A DNA stretch of 64,000 nucleotides, from contig OZ024741.1 in NCBI GenBank assembly GCA_964016885.1, forward strand, positions 339,884,001-339,948,000, given 5' to 3'. Origin of the DNA: Eledone cirrhosa. Lineage: Eukaryota. Made by a program: the position numbers and the translations under genes. Positions 13,119 through 25,511 of the stretch are shown piece by piece (position 1 is the stretch's first letter; every line of letters begins with the position of its first letter). The notes below the pieces were generated by a model. The model was not told where the DNA came from and did not search any database. It was given only the letters and a program-made list of their open reading frames with translations.

Positions 13119-14712
13119 GATAAATCTACCAAAATGTACGGTAGTGTCCAATCCGTATGAAGATCTCAATGTAATCCGAATATCATGAAAAGAGAAGATG
13201 TATTCAAAAATGTTTTTTCCGATGAAAAATACAGGAAAACAGAGTCAAGATAAATTAATAAAAAATAATGAATAAAAACAAAGAAACAGTTCCTTATATT
13301 AAAAAATTCATCATTTTACGATCGTTTCTAGGATATATATGTTTGTGTTGGTATGTATATCATATAGATCTATGTAAAATTTTTACAAACTATCAGAGGG
13401 AATATACATAACTACACATATATATATGCTGTCTTCAGAAATAACGATATTTGTTTATTGAAAAAAACCAACTAAGATTTAATATAATAGGTCTGTTTGG
13501 GAACAGGTTTTGAATTGACCAATAGAAAGGTAGTGAGTGGTCAAGATGGTAGAATAGTAGTAATAGAACTTTAATTTAGGGGTAGAGGAAGGCAGATTTC
13601 AGTTTTGAATGGAAAGAGTATGATGAATGAAAAGATTATTTTAGGGATGAAAATAGGTCAAGTCGGTAAAAAGTACACGAAGAATTGATGTTATAAAAGA
13701 ATAATGCTAATGTAAATATCTAAGGAGAATAAAATTTTACGATAAATGTGTTAGTGAAAAATATCAATCTTATTCAAAATATAGGGAATTTACATCTATA
13801 AAAAGAAAATAAATTAATTAAATTGATAGGTATATTTATATTGATAAATTTATATTAATTCATATAGATATGATAAATAAGAGTTAGATGTAATTGAAGA
13901 GTGCTGTTAAAAACGAAGGGAAAATAAAAAAATAATAATAATAATAATCATTGGGGGGGGGGGGTAAATATATTAGTAAGAAATAACAAATTTATATAGA
14001 TTATAAGGAACATAGAATCATAACCTGAAATTAAAATAGTTTATATGTATACTTATTGGTATACATTTTAGGAAAAGATAGCTGTAAAAGGGAAATAAAA
14101 TTATGCAGTTCATTAGTAGTAGAATATTAATTATAGGTTAACTAATTTAAAAAAAGTGTTATTATAATAATTTCTAAAGTGTATATTAATTAGGTTTATA
14201 ATATTTAAAAGTTCTTCTCAGTTTATGATTACATGATATAATTAATTCCTGTCGTTTATTTAATAGGATATCCTTAGATTTCATTATTTCAAAAAGTTCC
14301 TGGGAACATAATCTACATTCATATCTATTATTTTGATAAGGGGTGGCCCTTTTGAGCACACTTCAGGTCAGGTTATAATCTATATTCCTCTTTCTATAAT
14401 TATTAATTATTTCAGTTAAAGATGTTCAGCTAAAGATGCGGCATTTTTTAAAAATGCCGCATTAGCTAATACAACATCTATATTAAATCTTTGTTGGTTT
14501 TTTTCAATAAACAAATATCATTATTTCTGAAGACAGCATATATATGTGTAGGTATGTATATTCCCTCTGATAGTTTGTAAACATTTTACATAGATCTATA
14601 TGATATGCATACCAACACAAACATATATATCCTAGAAACGATCGTAATATGATGAATTTTTTAATATAAGGAACTGTTTCTTTGTTTTTATTCATTATTT
14701 TTATTAATTTAT
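13117..14712. mobile_element. Inverted-repeat element in (TA)n with about 1 kb AT-rich spacer
   Basis: Arms about 13250-13485 and 14479-14712. Extra sequence 13117-13249 on the left only. Confidence 0.85.
13309..13446 (-). ncRNA. Hammerhead motif with about 100-nt stem II (mirror copy on plus strand about 14519-14654)
   Basis: CGUUAUUU-CUGAAGA-[CAGCAUAUAUAU...ACAUAUAUAUCCUA]-GAAA-CGAUCG-UA-AAAUGAUG: palindromic stem III ACGAUCGU, GUA site. Confidence 0.65.
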
Positions 14713-14736
14713 ATTTATATATATATATATATATAG

Positions 14737-14825
14737 TCGATAGTATGTAAAAGTCGACCCTCTATTTCTAGCCCAAAATCTGGATTATTCCATAGACATC
14801 GAATATTAGTCGACCCTAGTATTTC
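14737..14825 (+). mobile_element. Possible pogo/Tc1-like transposon end
   Basis: Repeated AGTCGACCCT subterminal-type motif directly after (TA)n. No matching right end found. Confidence 0.25.
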
Positions 14826-15539
14826 ACGGATAACCGGTTAACATTTGTAGGTCAAGGTATTATCCTGTACGTAGAAATAACACTGTCATAAAATCAACAT
14901 GAGTTTAAGACAAATTTATATTATCGCAAATACTTGACTGAAACTTCAAATTTACCCAAACGTGTGCCAAACGTTTGATGGATAGATGACATTTTTATGG
15001 ATTTTGTTATTCACTAGGACGTGTGTTTTAATACATATAATCGGTAATATTACTGTAATCCATTCTATTTTTGTTTCTATTCGTTTAAAGATTAGTTCGG
15101 CTTCTGCTACTGTTATATATATTCTTAACTCTGAAGCAGAGAATCATCCGGTTTCCTAAATAGAATTGTAGTCAACGACTACATTTATACCATAAACGTG
15201 GTTTTGTCTTTGCGCGTAATTGTTCTCATCGATCCAAATAATGACGTATTATCTTCGTTTTTTTTTCGTTTTTTTTTGCCAGGGAACGTCTCCACGAACC
15301 AAAGTATCGTCTTCCTGTGTTCCTTTGGTTGCAACTCTTTTCGAAATATTTACTTCTGCGTTCACAGATTGATTTTGTTTTAGTTTCAGAAGATCCCGTT
15401 AAGGGTGAAAGCAGCGATTCTTCGCTTAAACTTTAATCTGTTATTTTAATAAATATTTGGTCTACTTTTCTTATATATTTGATATATATTTATCCTTATC
15501 GAGCCCTCTTTGGATTTTAGTCTTCAAATTTATTATTGT

Positions 15540-15575
<36 letters not shown>

Positions 15576-15589
15576 ATAATAATAATAAT

Positions 15590-15692
<103 letters not shown>

Positions 15693-15830
15693 TGTATGTA
15701 TGTATATTATAAGAAAAAGAGAAGATGTGTGTGTGTGTGTATAGGAAAAAGTATGACCCCGACGGCAGAGCTCAAGCCGTTTCGACGGCTATTTCTGGAC
15801 CTATATTTCTTCATATATATATATATAAAC

Positions 15831-16014
15831 ATATATGAAGAAATTCAGGGCCCACAATGGCTGAGCTCCGGTCGTTTAAACAGCTAGATCCGAACTGAAT
15901 CTCTGTTGAAAAGGCAGGGGCTCAGCCGTCGGTGTCCCGAATATTTTCATATTACCCCCTCTACTACCCCAAGTATCGAGTACTCTAGTGATTAATGGTT
16001 TTGACCGCTTCCAT

Positions 16015-16020
<6 letters not shown>
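15831..16020 (+). mobile_element. Diverged relative of the GAGCTC fold-back family (another remnant at 53580-53682)
   Basis: Imperfect arms 15831-15890 and 15898-15952. Tail CTCTACTACCCCAAGTATCGAGTACTCT. Confidence 0.65.
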
Positions 16021-16088
<68 letters not shown>

Positions 16089-16159
16089 TATATGTATATA
16101 TATATATATATATATACTCTACCGATTGAGTTGTTATTTCTGTTTACCTTTTACACATG

Positions 16160-16189
<30 letters not shown>

Positions 16190-16190
<1 letters not shown>

Positions 16191-17025
16191 GTTTTGCCAG
16201 ATTTCTTATCTGAAAACGTGTTTTGAAACAGATATTGTTATACTTTGGGAGGGTCATGCTGCCAATAAAAACTCACACCTGCTGTGTTCACTTCAATTTG
16301 TTATAAATTTCCGTTGGTTTATTTGTTCGATAACCGGATGGTTGTTTATATATTGTCAAAGCTCTTTCGTCACATATTCTGTGACCTCCTCAGTGACTGG
16401 GTTTTTATTTTTGTGCTCTCCATTGCGTATGCGTTACATCCGGGTGTGGATGTGTTTTTATTTATTCATTTGTGTGTTTATTTATTTGTCGCTAGTTGGT
16501 TCTTTGTTCTATCTGTGTGTGTCTGATTTGTTTTGTTAGTTTGGTTTTTGTGTGTGTCTGTATGTCTTCATTTTGTTCTTAATTATTAGTTGTGATGTTG
16601 CTATTCCACTCATATTTTCTGTTTAATTTTGGTTGCAGTTCGTTTATGTTTGTCACCTCTGTAATTTGTCTGAGCATTGCATCTTTTCTGTGTGTGGATA
16701 TAATTTTTATTTCTATGTTCTCTAATATGCCCCTATGTTCTATTTTCGCATGTTGGTGGAGTATTGAAGTTTTTCCCATCTTCGAATTCTCGCCAGTGTT
16801 CACTTGTCCTTTCTCCTATGCTACGGGCTATTTCACCTATGTATGTTATGTTCTTATTCCTACACTGGCCCTCAGTACATCTTATGCTATATACTACGTT
16901 TCTAGTTTTGCAGTTAGTAAGCGGGCTTAACTTGCAGACTATGCATTTCCTATCAGTACACATCATCACCACAAGAGAAGTAACACCACAAGAGCATGAA
17001 GAAAGGAAAACACCTTCAACGCTCA
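16190..17025 (-). mobile_element. Penelope-like element 3' part: GIY-YIG endonuclease remnant and pLTR with hammerhead
   Basis: CTDRKCIVC linker, then NVVYSIRC...TYIGEIARSIGERTSEH. Frameshift into ILHQHAKIEH...RQITEVTNINELQPKLNRK*. A hammerhead lies about 180 nt downstream and the element ends at (TA)n. Confidence 0.88.
16355..16397 (-). ncRNA. Type I hammerhead ribozyme motif
   Basis: GUCA-CUGAGGA-G-GUCACA-GAAUA-UGUGAC-GAAA-GAGC-UU-UGAC: 4-bp stem I, 6-bp stem II, intact core, CUU cleavage triplet. Confidence 0.8.
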
Positions 17026-17029
17026 CATG

Positions 17030-17405
17030 ATGATGTGGTCTAGCATAATGCAGCCTAATAAACGGACTGCCAACAACTTCCAGGTCTGGAACAATGATAT
17101 ATCAACGCTGTATGGGCAAGACCTCAAAGCAAATAGTGATCCAGTTACAAGACCGCCAACACGGCCATTCTGTGGAGCTAACATTGCTAGCAACTACAAT
17201 CGATCATACGCTCTATAATCGAAATGTCCCCAGATATATGCAACAGCACGGAGGACCTTCTCGGCAGAATCGGCGAATGCAACCTGTCGGGAGACCTGAC
17301 AGGCTGTACAATAGGTAGCATGTATGTAGTATCCCTACACCCATCCACCGATATTGATTTTGCTGTGGAAAAATGCGTAGGAATGATCTCTGGCCTTGTG
17401 GGGCA
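17030..17405 (+). pseudogene. Penelope-like RT fragment, inverted relative to the GIY-YIG piece
   Basis: TRPFCGANIASNY..SYAL and CNSTEDLL.RI...IGSMYVVSLHPSTDIDFAVEKC resemble the PLE RT motifs RP and S-x-DV-x-SLY(P/T). Confidence 0.65.
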
Positions 17406-17440
17406 GAGGCTGCTAAGGTTGTGTGTGTCTAAATAATCGT

Positions 17441-17842
17441 TGGTGATTGCCAGTATCGGGAGAGGGTCGGACACCATTCTTTGACGCATAGAGTTACGGC
17501 CCTTGCCATTCTGAGTTCAAATCCCGCCGAGGGTAATTTTGCCTTTCATCCTTACGGGGTCGATAAAATAAAGTACCAGTAATGCACTGGGTAATTGCTG
17601 GCCTTCTGCCAAAAGTAGAAACAATTATAATAGGAATCCCATTATAAAATGGCGGTGGATTGGCAGTATCGGTAGAGAGTCGGACGCCATGCTTTCCAGC
17701 ATTGTTGCGTCCCTTTACAGACTGAGTTCAAATCCCGCCGAGGTTAACTTAGCCTTTCATCCTTACGGGGTCGATAAAATAAAGTACCAGTAAAGCACTG
17801 GGATAATTGCTGGCCTTGTGCCAAAAGTAAGAAACAATTATA
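17441..17842 (+). mobile_element. Two tandem copies of tRNA-derived SINE family A
   Basis: Box A TGGCAGTATCGG, box B GAGTTCAAATCC, central GCCTTTCATCCTTACGGGGTCGATAAAATAAAGTACCAG, tail GGCCTTGTGCC..AGAAACAATTAT. Other copies at about 6451-6652(+), 11230-11447(-), 21285-21497(-), 22652-22842(-), 24755-25690, 37280-37545(-), 53465-53570(-). Confidence 0.85.
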
Positions 17843-18942
17843 ATAGGAGTCCCAGCTCACTGGTATCAATCCCACGGAATTCCACATCGTTCTCGCTGAT
17901 CATTTCTACGCATTATTTTACAGGGGGAAATTACGCGTGTTTGTAGTCAGCCATTTATATATAAATAATTTATTCCAGTCGAATTAACAGAATCGTTAGA
18001 GCGTCGGACAAAATAGCTTGTCATTTATTCCGTTTCTTTCTATCCAGAGTTTAAATACTGGGGCCCGATGAATTTTGACTTTCGCTAAAATATAGTGTCT
18101 GTCAAGGGTTGGCTAAGACGATATAATGTGGGACGATATTATTTGCTACATCTGTTCTGTCTCTTTGGGTTCTGAGTTCAAATCCCTCTGTAAACTGTTT
18201 GGATGGTAAACTTAAACCATCGAACGTTTCACTATCACCACCTGGTCCTTGGGTAACTTTAACGGAGTCCAAACGATTGAAAGTATTTGAGCAAGGTCTT
18301 CGGTTGAGGATGCCTTCTTCCCTCCTTTCCTTCATTTGCCTGTCCCTCACAATGCTCAAGAGTACTTCCATTCCCTCCCTTATTAAATACTGGTTGTAGT
18401 CTATTGGATAATGTTTTGATAATCAGCCGGATATGACTCTTTCGGATCTTTGTCTTATTCCTCATTTAGTGATGCATGATGGGTAAATTTAGGGCGTTAG
18501 TTTATAAATTTAGCGAGGCATGATGGGTAAAACATTTAGAAATTATTTTTTTTTTCGTATTCTTTTATCGTTGTAAATCTATCATGTGTGAGGCGTTATA
18601 ATTAGGCATGGCGTGGGATAATTACTTGATTGACACATGAAGCAACGAAGATAATAAAACTCAGAGTAAACATTTTCAAAACAATAAATCGAATAGAAGA
18701 CAGATCAACCATTTTTCTTGGAGCAATTTTATTAAAAATATGTATTTTTATATTTGAATAAAAAGATGAATGAAATTTAGAAGATGAAAAAAATTTCTTC
18801 ATTTTGTTTTATTTTGATATTTTTTTGATTTTTGTTTCTCTCCCAAACAGGAAAAAAGAATAAATAAAAGAGGACGAGAACCATGTATAATAATAATGTT
18901 AATAATAGCAGTAATAATAATAATAATAACAATAATGATGAC

Positions 18943-18984
<42 letters not shown>

Positions 18985-19154
18985 CAGTTGTTTTAATGAT
19001 AGGAATATTCATGTATTTTCAAAGTTTGGGAAAAATATAAATTACAAGAAGAAAAGAAAATGGTGGAAGAAGAAAAAACAACAACCATCATTAAATAGAT
19101 TTTAGTTAAGAAAAGATATATATATATAATGTTGTTATACACAAAGACTTTGTT

Positions 19155-19274
<120 letters not shown>

Positions 19275-19681
19275 TGTGTGTTTGGGTGAAATATGTGTAT
19301 GTGTGAGCGTTGTGCGTGTGTGTGCGCTCGTGTGTGTGTGTGTATGTGTATGCATGTATACAGTTGTAAATATTCACGCTAGAATACATATTGTTATGGG
19401 TGTATATGAAAAAAATGTCATATGTTTATATTCAGATAAACAAGCCAAAGTTAATGTCTATACATATTCAGGCACACATATATATTTATATACGCATTTG
19501 CACACACACATATATACATTTTTCCATATGAAACTCAACTTCTTAAATAGAATAATTAAAATGCTGATTTCAACGCATATACACCCTCACACATTATGCA
19601 ACAATGCATATCTATACATACATATATATATATGTATATATACATACATATATATATATATACATTCAGACATACATGCAT

Positions 19682-19806
<125 letters not shown>

Positions 19807-19807
19807 T

Positions 19808-20001
19808 AACGAAGGAAATGTGGTAAGGAACCAGATGGACCATAACGCACCAAAGTACTCAATACTTAAGGTAGTGGAGTGGGTAATAGGAACGAGTAGG
19901 ACCCCGACGGCTGAGCTCAAGCCGTTTCGACGGCTAATTCAGTCCAGAATTAGCCGTCGAAACGGCTTGAGCTCAGCCGTCGGGGTCCTACTCGTTCCTA
20001 T
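19808..20001 (-). mobile_element. GAGCTC-family fold-back in (TA)n
   Basis: Perfect hairpin 19886-20001 plus tail 19808-19885. Family also at 9880-9968, 12370-12540, 15740-15801, 31410-31597 and 52099-52290. Confidence 0.85.
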
Positions 20002-20008
20002 ATATATA

Positions 20009-20041
<33 letters not shown>

Positions 20042-20130
20042 GCATAAATACTCACACGATTTTATATACATAATTATACATTTATATATACATTCAGATA
20101 GCTATATACAAACATGAATGCGTATATATG

Positions 20131-20232
<102 letters not shown>

Positions 20233-20748
20233 TATATATAATAAAAACTGTGCACCGTAATGCATATAACCGTAATAATAGCTCATCACTATAAACAATA
20301 GTCGAGAAAATTCAATACCGCAGTACTAGAATCGAAGAAATTGTATCGAGACGTCTACGAAGAATCGAATCCCGCATCCCTCGGATACCAGGCAAATACG
20401 TTTACCAGTACGCTAAAGAGCCGTTGGCCACTAATTCCGACACTTTAGAAGATTTCGAACCCAGTACTCTTGTAGAAATATACATTTTGAGAACTCTGTC
20501 TGGTTAGCGCCACTTCTTAGTGTGTTGGTGCTAAGCATGACAGTCAACAATGAAATATATATGTATGTGTGTATGTGTGCATGTGTGTTTGTGTGAGTGT
20601 CTGTATGTCTGTTTGTATATGTGTATGAGTGTGTGTGTGTATGTGTATGTGTGTGAGTGTGTGTATATGTCTGTGAGTGTATGTATATATATATATATTA
20701 TTATCATCTTGGACGTGCGAGGCGAGAGAAAGAAAATATAAAGCTGTT

Positions 20749-21116
20749 TCACGAAGAGGTCGTTTCATGCTGGAGCATCATATCGGGGAACCCCCCTTGA
20801 AAATATTTGGTGGGAGGGGACAATTTGGTTGACACTTGTAGAGATGGCATCTTTGGAACTGCTGGCAGAGGCTTGGCATATGACGTAAAACTGTTTCGAA
20901 ACGGCAAATTCCAAGAGCTTTTCCCGGTTAGAATGTTAGGATTGGCTGCTGAGATCGATTTCAGATCAATAACATCGTTGCAAGAAATCTTCTTGTCTAC
21001 ATTTGGCTGCTGGCATGAAGGCCGCGTGGTGCCTGTAACTTTAGGTCTATTGATAAATTGTGATTGGGTTTTCGTAGTTGAGCTCGATAGCTGTTCTGGT
21101 GGGCAAGCATAGATTC
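20749..21116 (-). CDS. Protocadherin terminal coding exon 3
   Basis: (CT)n polypyrimidine tract + cgcag| acceptor. Phase-1 frame is open for 121 codons (GIYACPPEQ...SSWNLPFRNSFTSYAKPLPAVPKM...HETTSS*) to TGA at 20749-20751. The WNLPxRNSFT..KPLPAVP motif resembles octopus protocadherin tails as I recall them. Confidence 0.8.
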
Positions 21117-22594
21117 CTGCGAGAGAGAGAGAGAGAGAGAGAGGGAAAAAAACAAAAAAGATAAAAAGAAAAGAAAAAGTGATAATCTTATGTACAATAT
21201 TGTTAATACAATAATAATAATAGTATTACTATTACTACTAATGATAATAATAACAAGAACAAGAATAACAACAACAACAACAACAATAATGGTTTCTTAT
21301 ATAGGCACAATGCCAGCAATTTTAGGGGGAGGGGAAAGTCGATAAAATCGACCCTAGTGCGTGACCGGTACTTCATTTCATCGACCCCGTAAGGATGAAA
21401 GGCAAAGTTAACCTCGGTAGGATTTGAACTTGGACCGTAAAGGGCCGTAACTCTATGTTGCACAGCATGGCATCCAACCTTCTACCGATACTGCCAATAA
21501 TAACAATAGCAACAGCAACACAAGAAACAACACACTACGCCCCATAACAAATCATGACTGGTGCAGTATATCTTTTGGTTTGCTCGCCTCTTATAAATCT
21601 GCCTCTTCATAAAACAGCACATTGCCACCTTTGTAATGGTCTTTGGCGCCCCCACTTGTCACCTCTTTCTGTCTGTTTGTTTTTACCTTTGTCCTTGCAA
21701 CGGCCAACCACTCCTCTCTAACACCCCATATCTTACCCCTCTAATTCTCATCGACGCGTTTGATACCATGATACCACTGTGAATGAAGTCACTTTTGTTT
21801 CTGCATCAACGGCAGAGCAGACTTTTTGATTGGCCATATGGTCCATATGGTTATGTACCTGGACACCCTCCTGACCATATGTCATTACCACTCACATATA
21901 CTGAGCTACAAAGGTGACCATGATCCAGTAGTCAATGTTGTTGCCAATGCTACTGATTGTTACACTTGTATTATGCTATCCATCCATTATGATATAATAG
22001 TGTGGTGGGTTTGTATCTTACTATGTCTGTTTGACATTGTTCTTTAGCCTCGTTCTTGAAATACAGGTGGAGTCTTCCGTATGCCTTAACGTGGTCAACG
22101 AAAGCAACATTATTTTAAACATTAGTTAGGGCTACCTTAAATTCTGCTTTTGAAAGTATACACAAATTCGTCACCACATTTCGCGATGCAGCGGTAAGAC
22201 ACTTTTCTCGTAGTCCATTCAAGGATAAATTCCTCAGGTAAGGAAATAAAGTTCGTTCGGACACATCAATCAAGAGTTATTTAACTAACTGAACTTTGTC
22301 CATCACAGAAATGTAAATAATTTTTGCTTCATTAGTATTGCTTGTATCATGGTGCAAGGCATTCTATTTCATAGTATTTCAACTTGTTTTCGTTGTAGTT
22401 GTTAAATGATTTTTGTTAAATGTAAGCAAGCCAACCCCAAAAGTTAAAGTATATTCTTTCGCCCGAATTAAACGCAAAAAGGTTATATTTTTGTCTTTCT
22501 GTGCGATAAGAGAGAAAAAATTCAACCAATTCTTAAAAAAACAAATACAGGAGTTATGCGTAAACATCTACTACTATTACTACTACTACTACTG

Positions 22595-22646
<52 letters not shown>

Positions 22647-22844
22647 GCATTATAATGATTTCGGATTCAGGCACAAGGGCAACGATTTCTGAGGAGGGGA
22701 AAGTCGATGAAATCGACCCCAGTGCTTTATTTTATCGACCCCGTAAAGATGAAAGGCACCTCGATGGGATTTGAACTCAGAACGTAAAGGGCCATAACTC
22801 TATACTACGAAGCATGTTGTCCGACGCTCTACCGATTCTGCCTT

Positions 22845-23936
22845 CCTACAACCTACAAGACTATAATTGGACTAATATCGCAGAGACTGGCCAAGAACAT
22901 GGAGAACTAAATAACATTTCCAAAAGATCTGAAAGGATGCTGCAAAGGATCAGTTCACAGATTTATAATAACACAGATAAATTTGGATTAGAAAACTATG
23001 TTAAGGCAACCATAAAGAGAGGAAATCTAGCTAAAAACCAACTGATATCAAGCTAAATAAAGAAACGGAGATAAAATACCGTGTCCATTAATCTCTTACT
23101 CTTTCAGAGCCTTGCACAACAGGTCCCGTGGCATACGGTCATACGACTTTTCGCGGTTTACCAAAGAAGAATAGTCCTCTTGGCAATATTCTCACGATTT
23201 CTCGAAGACCTGTCGCAGTGTGAATATTTGGTCGGTTGTGATGCATCCGGGCGAAAACCACACTGTTTGTCAGCTAGCATGGACTCGATAATATCCCTAA
23301 ATCTCTTTGCCAGACTCTTAGCATAGACTTAACTTGGGATTCCTCTATAATTAGAGAAATCTCTTTTGTCTCCTTTTTTTTAAAATTAGGATTATCCCTC
23401 CTGATTGCTATTGCTTAGGTGGCTTTCCAGATATCCAGCCTACTAGATACGCATGAATCAGCCAGGGATTATCTTCTCCATTTGAAACTTTTATCATCTC
23501 GAGCTGAATGTCAGCCTCTCTAGAGGCCTTGCCACATTTGAGCTCTTTAATTGCTGTGGTGACCTCAAACTCCGAAAAGTCAGTCATCGCAAATACAAGT
23601 GCGTGAAATGGGCTAAATTCGAAGAGTCTCTGGAGTACCGTTACTCGATAGAGTGCGCAGCTCAGATATCAGAAAGTCACTCCAGGTAAAACCGCAACTT
23701 CTCCGAATTGAGATATCACAGCTTTGGCGCTGTTGTGGACCTTGCAGGATCAATTGGAAATGGTTCCTTCTGGCAGAACCTGCGTGAAGGCGTGTTTGAG
23801 AACTATCCCTCCACGACCCTCCTGGGAATAAGTGAGCGAAGAAGAAGAAGAAGAAGAAGAAGAAGAAGAAGAAGAAGAAGAAGAAGAAGAAGAAGAAGAA
23901 GAAGAAGAAGAAGAAGAAGAAGAAGAAGAAGAAGAA

Positions 23937-23987
<51 letters not shown>

Positions 23988-24760
23988 CAAACGCAGACTT
24001 ACAAATACTTAGGTATCAATGAACACAGAAATGATAGAAAAAGATTAGAAAGAGATGATATAAACGGATTAGATTACTACTTAAAACAAAACTAAATGTA
24101 AATAAGCATCACTAATCCAGTGGTTTCAGCAATAAGCTATAGTTTTAATATTCTTAACTGGATCCTAAAATAAGTAGCAATATTAGACAGAAAAATAAAC
24201 AAGAAAAAATACTGAGTGCATTTAGAATACACTGCACAAAATCAGGTGTAGAGTGTTTATACCTACCCCTAATGTAAGGAGTTAGAGGTCTTATGCAAAC
24301 AGAAAACTCTTATAATATAGCCACTACGCGACTAAAAGAATACCTAATGAAGAATACTGGTAAGTCAATATATATAACCAAAGAATAAACAAAGCAAAAT
24401 AATGTCGTCAGTCTTCAGGGAAGCCAATAAGTTCAAAACAAGCTGAGTTTAAAGATAATTATGAAGAAACTGAAACCAAAGAAGAATGAACAATATAAAT
24501 TGTAATCTCCAGACGATGGCAAGAATAAACCCTACAAGGCCAATATCAGAAAAAGTCTTCTTCGCTCACTTATTCCCAGGAGGGTCGTGGAAGAAGAGTT
24601 CTCAAACGCGCCTTCACGCAGGTTCTGTCAGAAGGAACCATTTCCAATTGATCCTGCAAGGTCCACAAGTGAGTCCAACAGCGTCAAAGCTGTGATATCT
24701 CAATTCGGAGAAGTTAAACAAGCAAAGCCTGAAGGATTCCTAATTTTAATAAAAGGCCAG
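22845..24760 (+). mobile_element. Degraded R4/Dong-like remnant interrupted by an RTE-like fragment and triplet repeats
   Basis: KFGLEN..ATIKRG and DQTQTYKYLGINE. The minus-strand insert 23080-23840 contains QCGFRP. Confidence 0.55.
23838..23986. repeat. Compound (GAA)n(GAT)n microsatellite
   Basis: Pure triplet runs. Many other (TA)n, (CA)n, (GA)n, (TATG)n, (AAT)n and (GAT)n tracts occur throughout the window. Confidence 0.95.
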
Positions 24761-25428
24761 TAGTCTGTGGGGCAGGGGGTAGTCAATTAAATCGAACTGT
24801 TACTTTATTTTATCGACTCCGAAATGATAAAAGATAAATTTAACCTCAGTCGGAAACGTAAATGGCCGGAATATATACCATGTGGCATTTTGTCCAACAT
24901 TCTAACGATTTTGCCATTCCACAGCTCTTAATAATTTCTGATTTCGGCACAAGACCAGCAATTTCTTTTAGTGGGGATCATATTGATTCCAGTACTTGAT
25001 TCGTACTTTATTGTATCGACTACTGCAGATGAAATACAAAGTTGACCTCAGAAAGACCTGAAACAAATATCGCATTGAGTTTTATTGTTAGGACGGCGGA
25101 CAAAATACTTTGCAGTATATTCAAATCCCGCTGAGGTCAACTTTGCGATAAAATATAATACCACTGATGTACTCTACTGAGCTCGATATAAAAATCCCCT
25201 CTAAAAAGTCACCGGCCTTGTGCCTAAATTAGAAACCATTATTGAAAAAGGAAGAATAAAAATTGTCTTTAGGATTTCGTTCTTCCTTTGGAATGTAATG
25301 CCACGAGTCGTAAATTTGAATTGCTGGGACGCCATAGTGATATATAGCGTGTCTTAGGCATTTTACGCTTGATGAAAATTTGGCTCTCCAGGTCTGAATG
25401 CAGCCGATATCTTCGGGATATGCGTGTA

Positions 25429-25467
<39 letters not shown>

Positions 25468-25468
25468 G

Positions 25469-25511
<43 letters not shown>

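Noticed and set aside
20352-20422. tRNA gene on the minus strand
   Set aside because: A and B boxes are present but the stems pair poorly. More likely a tRNA-derived repeat head.
20807-21112. 101-aa plus-strand ORF
   Set aside because: It is the antisense shadow of protocadherin exon 3.
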